NCBI RefSeq assembly: GCF_004010195.1
Contig: NC_057754.1
Span: 907,318-956,106 of the forward strand
Direction: 5' to 3'
Origin: Chiloscyllium plagiosum
Lineage: Eukaryota
DNA: 48,789 nt
The notes beneath the pieces were generated by a model. That model saw only the letters and a list, made by a program, of their open reading frames with translations, did no database searches and had not been told where the DNA came from. A program made the position numbers and the translations under genes. Shown here in pieces: positions 1 through 10,872 of this stretch; position 1 is the stretch's first letter; each line of letters opens with the position of its first letter.

Positions 1-59
1 ACTGTGCTAAGGAGGAGTCCATAAATAGATGGCAAGGCACATCTCTGTTTGCCCCTGGA

Positions 60-215
60 GTCATAGAGTCATACAGCATGGAAGCAGACCCTTCAGTCCA
101 GTTCAAGCAGGTTGATCGGATAACCTAAATTAATCTAGTCCCATTTGCCAGCACTTGGTTCATTTCCCTCTAAATCCTTCCTATTCATTTACCCATCTGG
201 ATGCCTTTTAAATAT
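60..215 (-). mobile_element. CR1-type LINE 3' end fragment
   Basis: CATAGAGT tail repeats and same 3' sequence as the copies at 13920, 15137 and 43323. Confidence 0.8.
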
Positions 216-544
216 TCTCCTGCAATTAAAACCCCACCCAGCTTTTTGTTTAAAGAGATGGCTGTCGGGTACCTATGAAACTGTATTTGCCAATGGTGCG
301 CCCATCCCCACAACATTAGTGAGCAGTCCATCAATACCCCAGTCGATAGGCTGACAAACCCACCAGCAATGGACTTCATGGGTAGGAACATTCTGCACAA
401 ATGCATAAGTGTTACCACCATAATTAACACTTCCTATGTTAATACAATGTCCAAATGTGTTACGAGCTAGGTCAATCTGCTATTGTAATGATGTTATAGG
501 ATAAATATTACTACCAAGAAATCGGGGAGAACTCATTTTCAAAT

Positions 545-890
545 TTGGCATCGAGCTCATCCAGCTCAAAGGGCAGATGGGACGTTGGCTCAACTGAAGG
601 ACACTCACTCCAAAGTGCATTATTCCCTCCATATTGACCCTCCTGACAATGCAGCACTATCTCAGGCATGAGCCCATCCCCCAGATGGTATGGTACACTC
701 TCATCCCTGACCACAACTGACAATGCATGCTCCCTGAGGTGTCATCCTATGACTGTGTGGCATTACATGCATTCTGACCCTCCGACAGTGCCTGCTTCCT
801 CAGCACTGACCCACTGATGGTGTGGCGCTCCCTCGGCGCTGACAGTGCAGCATTCCATCAGTGCTGACCCTCCAACAGTGCGGCATAACT
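545..890 (-). repeat. Deu-SINE-like fragment followed by degenerate ~35-bp minisatellite
   Basis: Recurring ctgaccctccgacagtgcagcactccctcagtg-like units; same unit at 18930-19345. Confidence 0.6.
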
Positions 891-924
891 TTGTGCTGCC
901 AATAAGGATATCAGGTTAGATCAT

Positions 925-1130
925 GTGTACGTGTATGGAATGAGCTGCCAGAGGAAGTGGTGGAGGCTGGTACAATTGCAACATTTAAGAGGCATTTGTA
1001 TGGGTATATGAATAAGAAGGGTTTGGAGGGATATGTGCCGGATGCTGTCAGGTGGGACTAGATTGGGTTGGGATATCTGGTTGGACTGAAGGGTCTGTTT
1101 CCATGCTGTACATCTCTATGATTCTATGAC
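925..1130 (+). mobile_element. CR1-type LINE 3' end (~205 bp)
   Basis: Encodes VWNELPEEVVEAGTIATFKRHL; ends in ctctatg-type tail. Confidence 0.85.
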
Positions 1131-2019
1131 ACTGTCTCTAGACTGAGTCTGGAACCAATGACTTTCAGAATCAGATGTGAAAATGCCCACTAAAAGAATC
1201 GCAGCTGATATCTCAGACGGTTAGGTTGATCTCCCAGTGTCCTGACCAGATTCATCTCATGATAGCTCAATGCTATGTCAACCAGTTACTGTTTCAATGT
1301 TGACGTGCAATTACTGCCAATATCATTTCATGTATCATACTCAGTAGCCAATACACAGCCTGACCTCCCCTTTACCTATGCTGCTGCACCATTCCCAAGA
1401 GATACTCGCTTATTTGTGGTGAGAAAGGGAAGTATTCTCTGCACGAGAAATTGCAGGGGTACAGGAGTGGTTTGGGGGAGTGTAGGGGCTGGCCAGCAGG
1501 AGTTAGGTGACATACAGCAACAGATCTAACTTAAGCATTAAGCTTGACATTGCAGCAAGGTAATTGAGGGGTGGGTATGTCATTGCAACTCTCCCATGTC
1601 ACAAAGGGTACTGAAAATCTGGAAGGTTTGTGGGTCAGTTGAACCTTGTAGAATTGTGATTGGAAGATTTCCGTTTTGGAGGGATATAAATGTTTATGAA
1701 ACCAAGGGAGGCTAAGTGGATTGAAAGGGCAGATCAGCTCTGACCTAACAAAGTAGAACAGGCTCAAAGGGCTGAATGATCAACTCCAATTTCTCAATGT
1801 TTCCATAGCCAGAATAACTGAATTCACTTCATTAACAATGAAATTCTATTTTCACATTTTTAAAACCCAGCAATGTTTCTTCTGCAGTTCTACATGAACT
1901 GTGTAATGTGGCCAAGATTTTATCCAATTTTTGTTTTGAAAGTGTGTAGCTGTGTGGAGAGACATGGACTCACGTAAAATAAAACTGTGGGGTTTGAATG
2001 TCTGTTTATGACTGTGTAC

Positions 2020-2720
2020 AAAACCCTCAGCTTCGGCTGTACTGTGTGTTTTCCCTTAACTTTCAAAAAAACCCAATGAAACTGCAGGTGGTGATGGTGG
2101 TGGGGGGGGAGGTTAACACGCTGTCACAGACTGGTGTACCAATGGTGTGTTTTTTTAAAGCATGCGTCTCACAGTACAGGAAGCTTGAGGTTGTGATGTG
2201 TGAACCCTTAACTGGTCTACATGGAGTACGCAGCAGTTTGTGTGTGGGCTGTCTATGGCCTGAGGCCCATGCTGGGAATCACACTTTGTAGCATTAATCT
2301 TCGGCTTATTCAGGGTTAATATAATAAAGGGCTTTTTATATTTACTCACATGTACACACGCACACACATTTAAGTGGGGAAGGGATGGGTGGGGTTAAGG
2401 CGCAAATTATAAGGGGTTTCAGGACCTCACAAGCAGGGGCTGTGCCTGACTTTGTGTGGCTGCTCTGTCAGCTACAGGAGCTTAAGGGGTTAAAGACACA
2501 TTTGTTGAGAGGTTCCGCCCAAATTAAAACAGGGTTTCCTGATTGAGGTCAGCAGGGGCCTTTGTTGTTGTAATGTCCGTTTTTATTTTAATCCCCTTCC
2601 TTGATGTGAATGTGCCTGACATGTTTGCACCAGTGAGTTTTCAGACGACAGGGTGGGGTGGGTAGAGAGCACAGTCAAATCGAACATTAACCTCTCCCCA
2701 TATGCATAAAATGGGAGGGG
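2020..2720 (+). other. Candidate structured intronic RNA domain (tandem long hairpins)
   Basis: Multiple nested inverted complements read by eye (see findings); no recognisable repeat family. Confidence 0.55.
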
Positions 2721-3044
2721 AAAAAAAAACTTCTCTGAGCAGGAGCCAATTTCTATGACAGTCGGGTTTCGTTCCTGTCCCAGTTGATCTCCATTTCTCC
2801 GCCCCCACCATTTTGCTTCTCCTTGGACCTGGCCTTTTGTGTTGCAGTCTTGGGGGAGGGAACTCATTCCTGATATCACCCAGAACACACGACTTTTTCC
2901 TGTGTCATAGTGTTCAGGAGTTGGAAGCCCTAACTAATTTCTCCTCTGACCATGCCTCTCCAACCCTCTCAAAGGCAAGGGAGACGGAGGTCAATTATTC
3001 TGCATCTCACCAATGTGTTTTTTTATTATGTTAAAAAGAACCCG

Positions 3045-3195
3045 AAGATTGAAGATGCTGGAAATCAGAAACAAAAACAGAAATTGCTGGAAAAACTTGT
3101 TCTGAGAAAAGGTCACTGGACCTGAAACATCCACTTTCCACAAATGCTGTCAGACCTGTTGAGTTTTTCCAGCAATTTCACGTTTTTGTTGCTAT
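3045..3195. mobile_element. Penelope-derived fragment with inverted arms around a degenerate hammerhead core
   Basis: Perfect 18-bp inverted repeat 3080-3097 / 3162-3179; AGGTC-actg-GACCT-GAAAC between the arms. Confidence 0.65.
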
Positions 3196-3734
3196 TTCTT
3201 TCTGCCTTTTATAAGATATATACGGAGATATATCTTTCATAAAATGTGGGCATCGGTGTAGGTCAATGTCCTTAATTGCCTTCAGGATTGACAGCTGCCT
3301 CTACCTTGAACTGTTGGAGTCTGTGGTGTAATTGAGTGCCTCGCTGGACTGTTCTAGAGGGCACTAAATGGTCAACCATGTTTCTGTGGATCTGGAGTAA
3401 CATCTGGGTGTAAAAGACCTTTGTGAACCAGATGTGTGTTTACAAAAGTCTGGTAGTTTCATGGCCACCATTTCTGACTCTAGCTCTTTAATTCCAGATT
3501 GATTTTAATTAACTCAATATTCATCCTAGCTGCTGTGGTGGGATCGGAGTCATGTCTTTAGATTCTTAGTCTACCAACATAAACCACCGTACTGAACTAC
3601 CCACCAGGATTGGTGCTCTGAAGCAACTCTTTCACTGCTGTTATATGTGAAATAAATTCCAGTGGGGAGGGAGCAGTACAGTTCAGTTGCACTGGATGTT
3701 ACGGAGGAAACCATACTGTCTACTGTAGGGATGC

Positions 3735-3806
3735 TGGAGCAAGGGACATTGTGGGATGTTTTTCCTGCAGTGGAGCAAGGGACATTGTGGGATGTTTTTC
3801 CTGCAG
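3735..3806. repeat. Perfect 36-bp tandem duplication
   Basis: tggagcaagggacattgtgggatgtttttcctgcag occurs twice (3735-3770, 3771-3806). Confidence 0.95.
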
Positions 3807-3899
3807 TCTTGTGAGGTTCCTATTTCTGTTTCAAATGAAACATGCTAATATTTGAAATAAACCAGTGCAAAGATATTTCTTTCATTTCTTTGTTGCCTT

Positions 3900-4260
3900 T
3901 CACCATCTTGGGCATCCCAAAGCTCTTCGAAGCATGATGAACTTCTTGAAAGGTTGTAAGACTGTAGGACATGCAGAAGTCAAGTTATGCAATACAAGCT
4001 CCCATAAGTAGGAAGGAGGTCATGACAAGATGACCTGTTTTTAATTAAATTGTTTAAGGGATTAATAGTGGCTGCGGGGTCATTTATATCTAATCAAGAA
4101 GACATTCAGGGATGTGGTTTGGCACCTCACGTGAAAAGTGAACCCTCCGACAAACCAATACTCCCTCAGTATTGGTGCTTGGAGTGCTAATCTATAGAGG
4201 GAGTTGGACTTGAACCCACAAATTCTGACTGAATGGAGAGAGGACTATTCATTAAGACAG
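3900..4260 (-). mobile_element. Degenerate Deu-SINE-like element
   Basis: B-box-like ggacttgaaccc and ccctccgaca...ctccctcagta core; family assignment from memory. Confidence 0.5.
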
Positions 4261-4689
4261 GATCATTCCAGCAGTGCTTGGGAAATTAAATCTGGGATTT
4301 TTCTGTAGATAGTCTTGTACCACACCATACTACACTGCATTCCACACAAATCACTGAATCTCACAATGTTACATTCAGGTAAGTTGTAGAAATGCCCCAG
4401 GACTTTCATGGACCAACATCTGTGATCTAGCCATGTATTACACTCCAGCTTAAATATTCCTGTTTCCTGTCTAATTCTGCATGGAATTAAATCTAAAAAT
4501 GAGTTGTTTTAAAAACTGATCACTGTACCTAAAACAACAAAATATGTTAAACGTGCAAGCATGGACTTTTTGTATTTATGTACCAAGAAGGAGAAAATGA
4601 TTCATAATTTTTTTAATTAAAAAAATACATAGTTATCTGTTAAACTGAACAGTCTATGGCTTTAGCCCATGGGGCAAAGGGAATTTAAA

Positions 4690-5020
4690 ATTATGAACCA
4701 TGTTGATAGGGTAGATGTAACGAAGATGTGTCCATTTGTAAAGGAAACCAAAATGAGTTGGTCATTAATACAAGACAGTCACTGTTAAATCCAATGCGGA
4801 ATTTGGGAGAATTTTTTTTACTCTGAGAATGTGGAACTATCTACCATAGGCAGAGATGAATAGTGTTGGTGCAGTTAAGGAAAATCTGATAAACATAAGG
4901 GAGGGAAGGAGTTGAAAGGTGTGTTGCTAGGGTGGGATGAAGTTGAGTGGGGTGGCTTGGGTGGAGCATGAGCACCAGCACGGTGAAGATGGGCTGAATG
5001 GCTCTCATTCTTGTTCCTCT
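4690..5020 (+). mobile_element. Old CR1 3' fragment abutting the exon acceptor
   Basis: Degraded RT C-terminal sequence and terminal gggctgaatggc motif. Confidence 0.6.
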
Positions 5021-5032
5021 TTCTCTCATTAG

Positions 5033-5150
5033 GAGAGTTTGAAGAAGACTCGAAGCAGCCAGCTCTGGTGGATCAGGAACGGCACCAACTTAAACACAGA
5101 GAGCTCTTCCTGTCACGCCAGTTTGAGTCCCTCCCTGCCACACACATCAG
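5033..5150 (+). CDS. mta2: MTA2 coding exon (BAH region): [38 protein letters not shown]
   Basis: Pyrimidine tract + AG at 5031-5032, GTAATC donor at 5151; translation matches MTA2 as recalled ([24 protein letters not shown]). Confidence 0.95.
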
Positions 5151-6339
5151 GTAATCAAGCAACTTCAAAAGATGGTCATCGGTCACACTAATTCGGGTTG
5201 AATCTGTCACATGGGCAGACATTGTGTTGTTTGTGCCTAAAAATGAGGGCATTTGTATGAAGTTTCCGGCCAGTTACATGAAGTAGGTTGCTTGATTAAC
5301 ATAGGCTAGAACCAGAGGTGAGTAATTACATGGAATTTGAAGTCTTTTGTTTGGGAGTGTGTTTATCTCCGTGAGGATTTCCAGGGAGTCACTGAGTGAA
5401 GGCCCACGCTAAAAGGATCAGGATTCCTACTCCTAATCACTATCCACTTTTACATTAACCCTTGCTTTCAGGTGGTGCTACATACAAGAATAGTCCGGAG
5501 CACTAACTTGAGCAATACTGAGAGACATCCTATCCTGCTCTGAGCCATGTAGACACGTATAAACCCAGCCCATATGAACCTCAGGAATCTTTCTCTGATG
5601 TCCTTAGAAATGGGCTCTGGCCAAGCTGACTGACTTACAAGATCAAGATGCCTGGTTCTCATAGAAAGTGAACACTTCTCCAATCAGAAGTTTGGTTTGA
5701 TTTGATTTGATTTAAAATGTGCCCAACTGTGGCTTAAAAGAATTTGAGAAAGCAGTGTCTACCACATGAGAAATCCATTGTTCTCTGAAGAAGTGAAGCC
5801 AGCTTCTGACATCTCACCCAGCTCTGAACTTGCATAATGCCATCTTATCCAGACAAAATATTTTGCTTTCTATAAACATAGACTAAACCTGTAATAATTA
5901 TACTAAAGCTTCACCAAATTGTACAGGTTGAGGCTTCTCTAAAGTATATAGACTCTAATCGTTGAGTCTATCTGGGTGTTTTAAACTGGGAATTAATGTT
6001 GCACCCTTTCCAAAGTCTCAGTAACCTCATTGTGTAAGGAGACTAAATCTGAACACTGTATTCGAACTGAGGCCCAATCAAGGTCCTGTACATGACAACT
6101 GGTACACTTTGTTTTTGAGTTGTTCTGTCAATAGGGCGTGAATTCTCTTTGCTTAATTTTCACAGAGAAAGAGAAACACATAAAAGCCCCAGATATTGAA
6201 TTTTTTCTTCACTACGGGCTTTAATTCTTTTCCCTGCCCTGAGTAATAGATCACTTGTCAAACCCAGACCTAATCCCATACAGCACATCTTGATCTGCCT
6301 GAAGTAGACTAACATCCTAACAGTTCCAACTCCCACATG

Positions 6340-6940
6340 CATCTTGCTATTATCTACAAACATTTGGCAGATGGAGCATGACATGGGAAAATGTGAACTT
6401 GTCCATTTGGTCAGGAACATTAGCAAAACAACATGTTATTTGAACAAAGACAAACTGCAGAACTCTGAGGTATAGAAGGATCTTGGTGTGCTGATACATC
6501 AGTAATGAAGGAAAGCAAGTGAAATGCTGATGTTTATCGCAAGGAGCATACAATACAAAAGTGGAGAAATTTTACTACAGCTGTATAGGATTTTAATGAG
6601 ACCACTCCTGGGCCCCTGTGTACAGTTTTGATCTCCTTATTTGAAAAGTGATATAATTGCATCAGAAGCTGTTCAGGGAAGGTTCTTTCGACTTATTCCT
6701 GGAATGAAAATGTCATTCAGTGGAGGAAGTTGAAGCACTGGGCCTGCACTTATTGAAGTTTAGAAAATTGAGAGGTGATGTTATTGAAACATAAGATCTT
6801 CCTCCTGTTGATGACCAGGAAAATGTTCTCCTGCAGGGGACAGGGCACAGTTGAAGAGTAAGAGGATTCCTTTTCAAGACACAGATGAAGCTTGAAGGGT
6901 CAGATATCCTAACCCTGCTCCAAAATTCTTTGGTCCTAGA
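6340..6940 (+). mobile_element. Degenerate CR1 RT 3' fragment
   Basis: Remnants of WQM..KCE.VHFG, LLQLYR.L.RP.L and LRGDVIET motifs. Confidence 0.75.
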
Positions 6941-7199
6941 TCATTCTCCCTGTGCTTACATATGACCTGGTAGATCACAGTGAAGGTCCTGAAACCAGTT
7001 TCTGAGACTTGCTTGTAATCAGCAAATTCATAGCAAGGAAGACAGTGTCTGATCAGTGGTCCTCATCTACTAAATTGGTGACATCTTGAATCAGACTATC
7101 ATGCGTGACATCCTTTACTAGTCCCTGACGTAACCTTTGCTTCAGCCCAATCCTGCCCTGTTAAGCCTTCCTTCCTCAGCTACACTTCCTCAGTGTAGT

Positions 7200-8800
7200 C
7201 TGCTGTACGTTAAGGAGATGAAATGCAGTCTGGATGACTCTGCCATACACCCTTGATCAGTTCATAAAAATAATTCAACCTCCAGTTGCCTGCCACTTCA
7301 ATACACCACCGTTATCCTATGCCAACGTTCTGTCCCAGCCCTGCTGCAATACTCCAGCAAGACTCAACACAACTGGAGGAACAGCACTCCATCTTCTACC
7401 TAGGTACCACACAGCCTTCAGGACTCAACATTGAATTTAACAGTTTCAGAGTGTGACCCTCTTGCATGTTGCTTACCTTCACCTCACACCCATAGGTTCT
7501 GTGTGTTATGGGTTGCTCCCTGCGCATCCAACTCATTTCAACCATTCACACATCCCATTAGTTCCCTACCTAGCATTTATCGCTGTGTCAGCTTATCATC
7601 AGCTATCTCTTTGTTTGACTATCCCTTTTTTCTCTTTCTCTTTCTGGGCTCCAGCTGCATGTACTCTATTTACTCCCTCATCAGCATAAATACTATTTCC
7701 CATTTATTTTCAGATCTGACATAGGACTCGAAACATTAACTCTGCTTTTCTGTCTACAGATGCTGCCAGATTTGCTAAGTTTCTCTAGCTGTCTCTTCCT
7801 CACATTCATGTGTAAGGATTCCATTCCATTCTCTCTTTTTCTGTCTCCATCACATCTATTCTGTTTATGGTGCCTTCCATAATGGTGTTTGTGCCATGTC
7901 TGTCTTCTCCCCAACTGTGATGGACAGGGCCTTCATCCATGTCCAATCCACTTTTGGCAGTTCCATGCCCTCCCTTTTGAGTCAGAGTTTCAAAGCTCAG
8001 AAAGAGGCTCTTTGGCACTCTCCTACCACCAAGAAGGATGATGGGATTCCCCATTTTTTAACTTCAGCAGCTTCTGCATTCAAAGATACATCCTCTTGTT
8101 AAATCTGCCACCTCCAGCATGCATTGTTACCAAATGCAGTTCCTGCTCCTCTGTCAGCATTTCCCAGGGTCTGTTCCCAGTGTGACATCTTGGTCCACTT
8201 CTCTATCACCCCTAACACCTCATTTCCATCTAATGACACTTTGCCACACAAATGTAGGAAGTGTAGTATTTGCTGTTTTAACCTCCTTCATCCTCACTGT
8301 CCAAGGCTCCAAACACACCTTCCAGATGAAGCAGCAATTTACTTATATTTTTAATCTAGTCTTGTATTCACTGCTCACAATGTATTGGGGATACCAAACG
8401 CAGGCTGCGTGAATGTTTTGTGAAACACCTGCGCTCCGTCCACAAGTATGACTCTGACCAGTTGATTACCATTCACTACTCCATCTTGCTCTTGTGCCCA
8501 ATTTTAGTTCCTGGTTCTGCTGCAGTTCTCTAGTGAAGGCCAGTGTAAACTGGAGTAACAGTACCTCATTTTCCACTGGAGATCTTACAGCCTTCAGGAC
8601 TCAACATCGAGTTCAGCAACTTCAGACCATCAACTCTGTCCTCCGTTTTGTTTCTTCTGACAACACCCCACTTCCCTCCCCATCTTTGGTTTTATTGATT
8701 TTTCATTCAGCACTATATCCTGTTATTAAAACCTACTATTAACACCTACTTTGTACTGTCTCTCTTGCCACAACTGTTGTCACTTGCTTTGCCTTTTGTT
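7200..8800 (+). mobile_element. Penelope-like element fragments (GIY-YIG endonuclease remnants and terminal sequence)
   Basis: PVACHFNTPP, EEQH..F.LGT.QPSGLNIEF and HTFQ.KQ.FT...NLV-like remnants; terminal gatgctgccaga motif near 7760. Confidence 0.7.
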
Positions 8801-8814
8801 CTGTGACACCAACA

Positions 8815-9500
8815 GAGACACCTAGGGGTTCAGGTACATAATTCTTTGACATTTGCATCACAGGTAGACATGGTGGTTAAGAAGGCATTGTCTTCATTGC
8901 TCATACCTTTGAATATAGGAGTTAAGAAGTCATGTTGAAGTTGTACAGGACATTGGTGAGGCCTCTTCTGGAGTACTGTGTCCAGTTCTGATCACCATTA
9001 TAGGGAGGACATTATTAAGCTGGAGAGGGTTCAGAAAAGATTTACCAGGATGTTGCTGGGAATGGAGAGATTGAGTAATAAGGAGAGGCTGGGACTTCTT
9101 TCATTGGAATGTAGATGTTTTGAGGGGTGGCCTCATAGAGATTTAGAAAATCATGAGTACAGGTAAGGCAAATGGTAAGTGTCTTTTCCTTAGGGTGGGG
9201 GATTTCAAGACCAGGGGCATATTTTTAAAGTGAGAGGACAAAATTTTAAATAAGACATGACTAGCAACGTTTTTACACCGAGTGGATCATGTGTGAAATG
9301 AATTTCCAGAGGAAGTGGTGAATATGGGTACAGTTACAATGTTTAAAAGACATTTGGCTAAGTACAGGAATAAGTTATATTTGAAGGGATATGGGCCAAG
9401 CACAAGCAGGTGGGAGTAGTTTAGTTTGGGATTAAGATTGGCGTGGACTGGTCAGACTGAAGGGTCTGTTTCTGAGCTGTGTGACTCGATGACTCTATCT
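8815..9500 (+). mobile_element. CR1 RT 3' fragment
   Basis: YREDIIKLERVQKRFTRML; ctctat-type tail. Confidence 0.85.
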
Positions 9501-9599
9501 CTAATCTCCCTCACCCTCCAACCATCCCCTTCTCTCCACTTAATAGTTTAGTAACACTCTTACTACGGGCAGCAGTACTTGGTGTGGACAATTAAACGT

Positions 9600-10265
9600 T
9601 AGCTTTGGTGGATATCCATAAATCCTTGAAGTCAGCGGGACAAGTGGAGAAGGCTTTTATTAGTTCAAGACACTGAATACAAGAACAGGGGGGTTATGAA
9701 GATGCTGTATGGATGTTAGTTCAGCCACAGCTGGAGTACAGTGTGAACTTCTGGTCACCGCACTATAGGGAGGATGTGATTGTGCTGTAAGGAGTGAAGA
9801 GGAGATTCACCAGGACGCTGCCTGAGCTGGAGTGATTCAGTGATGAAGAGAAACTGGATGGGCCAGGATTGTTTTCCTTAGAATAGTGAAGGCTGAGGTG
9901 AGGTGGGGGGAGACCTGATGGAGGTGCACAAAGTTCTAAGAAGCATAGACAGAATAGATACAGAGAAACTTTCCCAGTCAGGTCAATAACCACTGGTCAC
10001 AGTTTGAAGGTAAGAGGTAGGAAGTTTAAAGGGAATTTATAGGAAAGACATTTTCACCTGGAGGCTGGTGGGTATGTGGAACTCATTGCCTAAAGGGGTG
10101 ATAGAGACATGAACCCTCAAAACATTTAAGAAGTATTAGATGAATTGAAAGACCACAACACATGGGCCTATGCGCCAAGTACTGGAGAATGGATGGATAT
10201 TTGATGACTGGTATAGACACGATGAGCTAAAGGATCTCTTTCTGTGTTGTTAAACCTCTGATCCT
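9600..10265 (+). mobile_element. Second CR1 RT 3' fragment
   Basis: LEYSVNFWSPHYREDVI and RRFTRTLPEL remnants. Confidence 0.8.
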
Positions 10266-10808
10266 AAGACTAAAGATTGAAAGGTAGAAAAATCTATGAC
10301 GCAAAAAGAAGCTATTGGACTCAATATGTCCATGTTGAATGAGAGAGCTATTCTGCCACATTTTCCTTCCAGCTCTTAGTCTGTACTCTTGTGAGGTTTT
10401 AAAAATGGGATAAAGGTTTTTGCCTCTATCATCCCTTCAAGCACTGAGTTGCAGATCTCCAGCTTCTCCTAACTGAAAATCTACACCAAATTCTCCAACT
10501 CCTCCTACCAATCACTTTAAGCCAGCTGCAAAAGTTGGCAGTCCTTTTGTAATCTTACTTTGTAACCTTTTAATACTTTCTTTAACTGTATAAGACACTA
10601 TTGGGTTCAGTTATAATGTTCTTGATTAACATGGTTAAATAGCGTGCTAATCAATGTCTAGGTTGCCAAATGAAGCTATGATGCAGGAATCAATAAGAGT
10701 AAGAGGCAGCACTTGAGAGAGAGAGAGAGATAGAGAGATCGAGAAAAGAGGAGGGTCTGGAGGTCAGTGTTGCCTGGTTTCTAATTATACGGTTGTTTTG
10801 TTTTTCAG

Positions 10809-10872
10809 AGGGAAATGCAACGTGGCTTTGCTGAATGAGACTGAGCAGCTGAGCGAGTACCTGGATAGAGAG
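10809..10872 (+). CDS. mta2: MTA2 exon: (R)GKCNVALLNETEQLSEYLDRE
   Basis: ttttcAG acceptor, GTAATT donor, 64 nt, phase 2 to 0; MTA motif GKCxVxLLNET. Confidence 0.95.

Noticed and set aside
10714..10745. GA microsatellite upstream of an exon as a regulatory element
   Set aside because: Short, common simple repeat with no further support.
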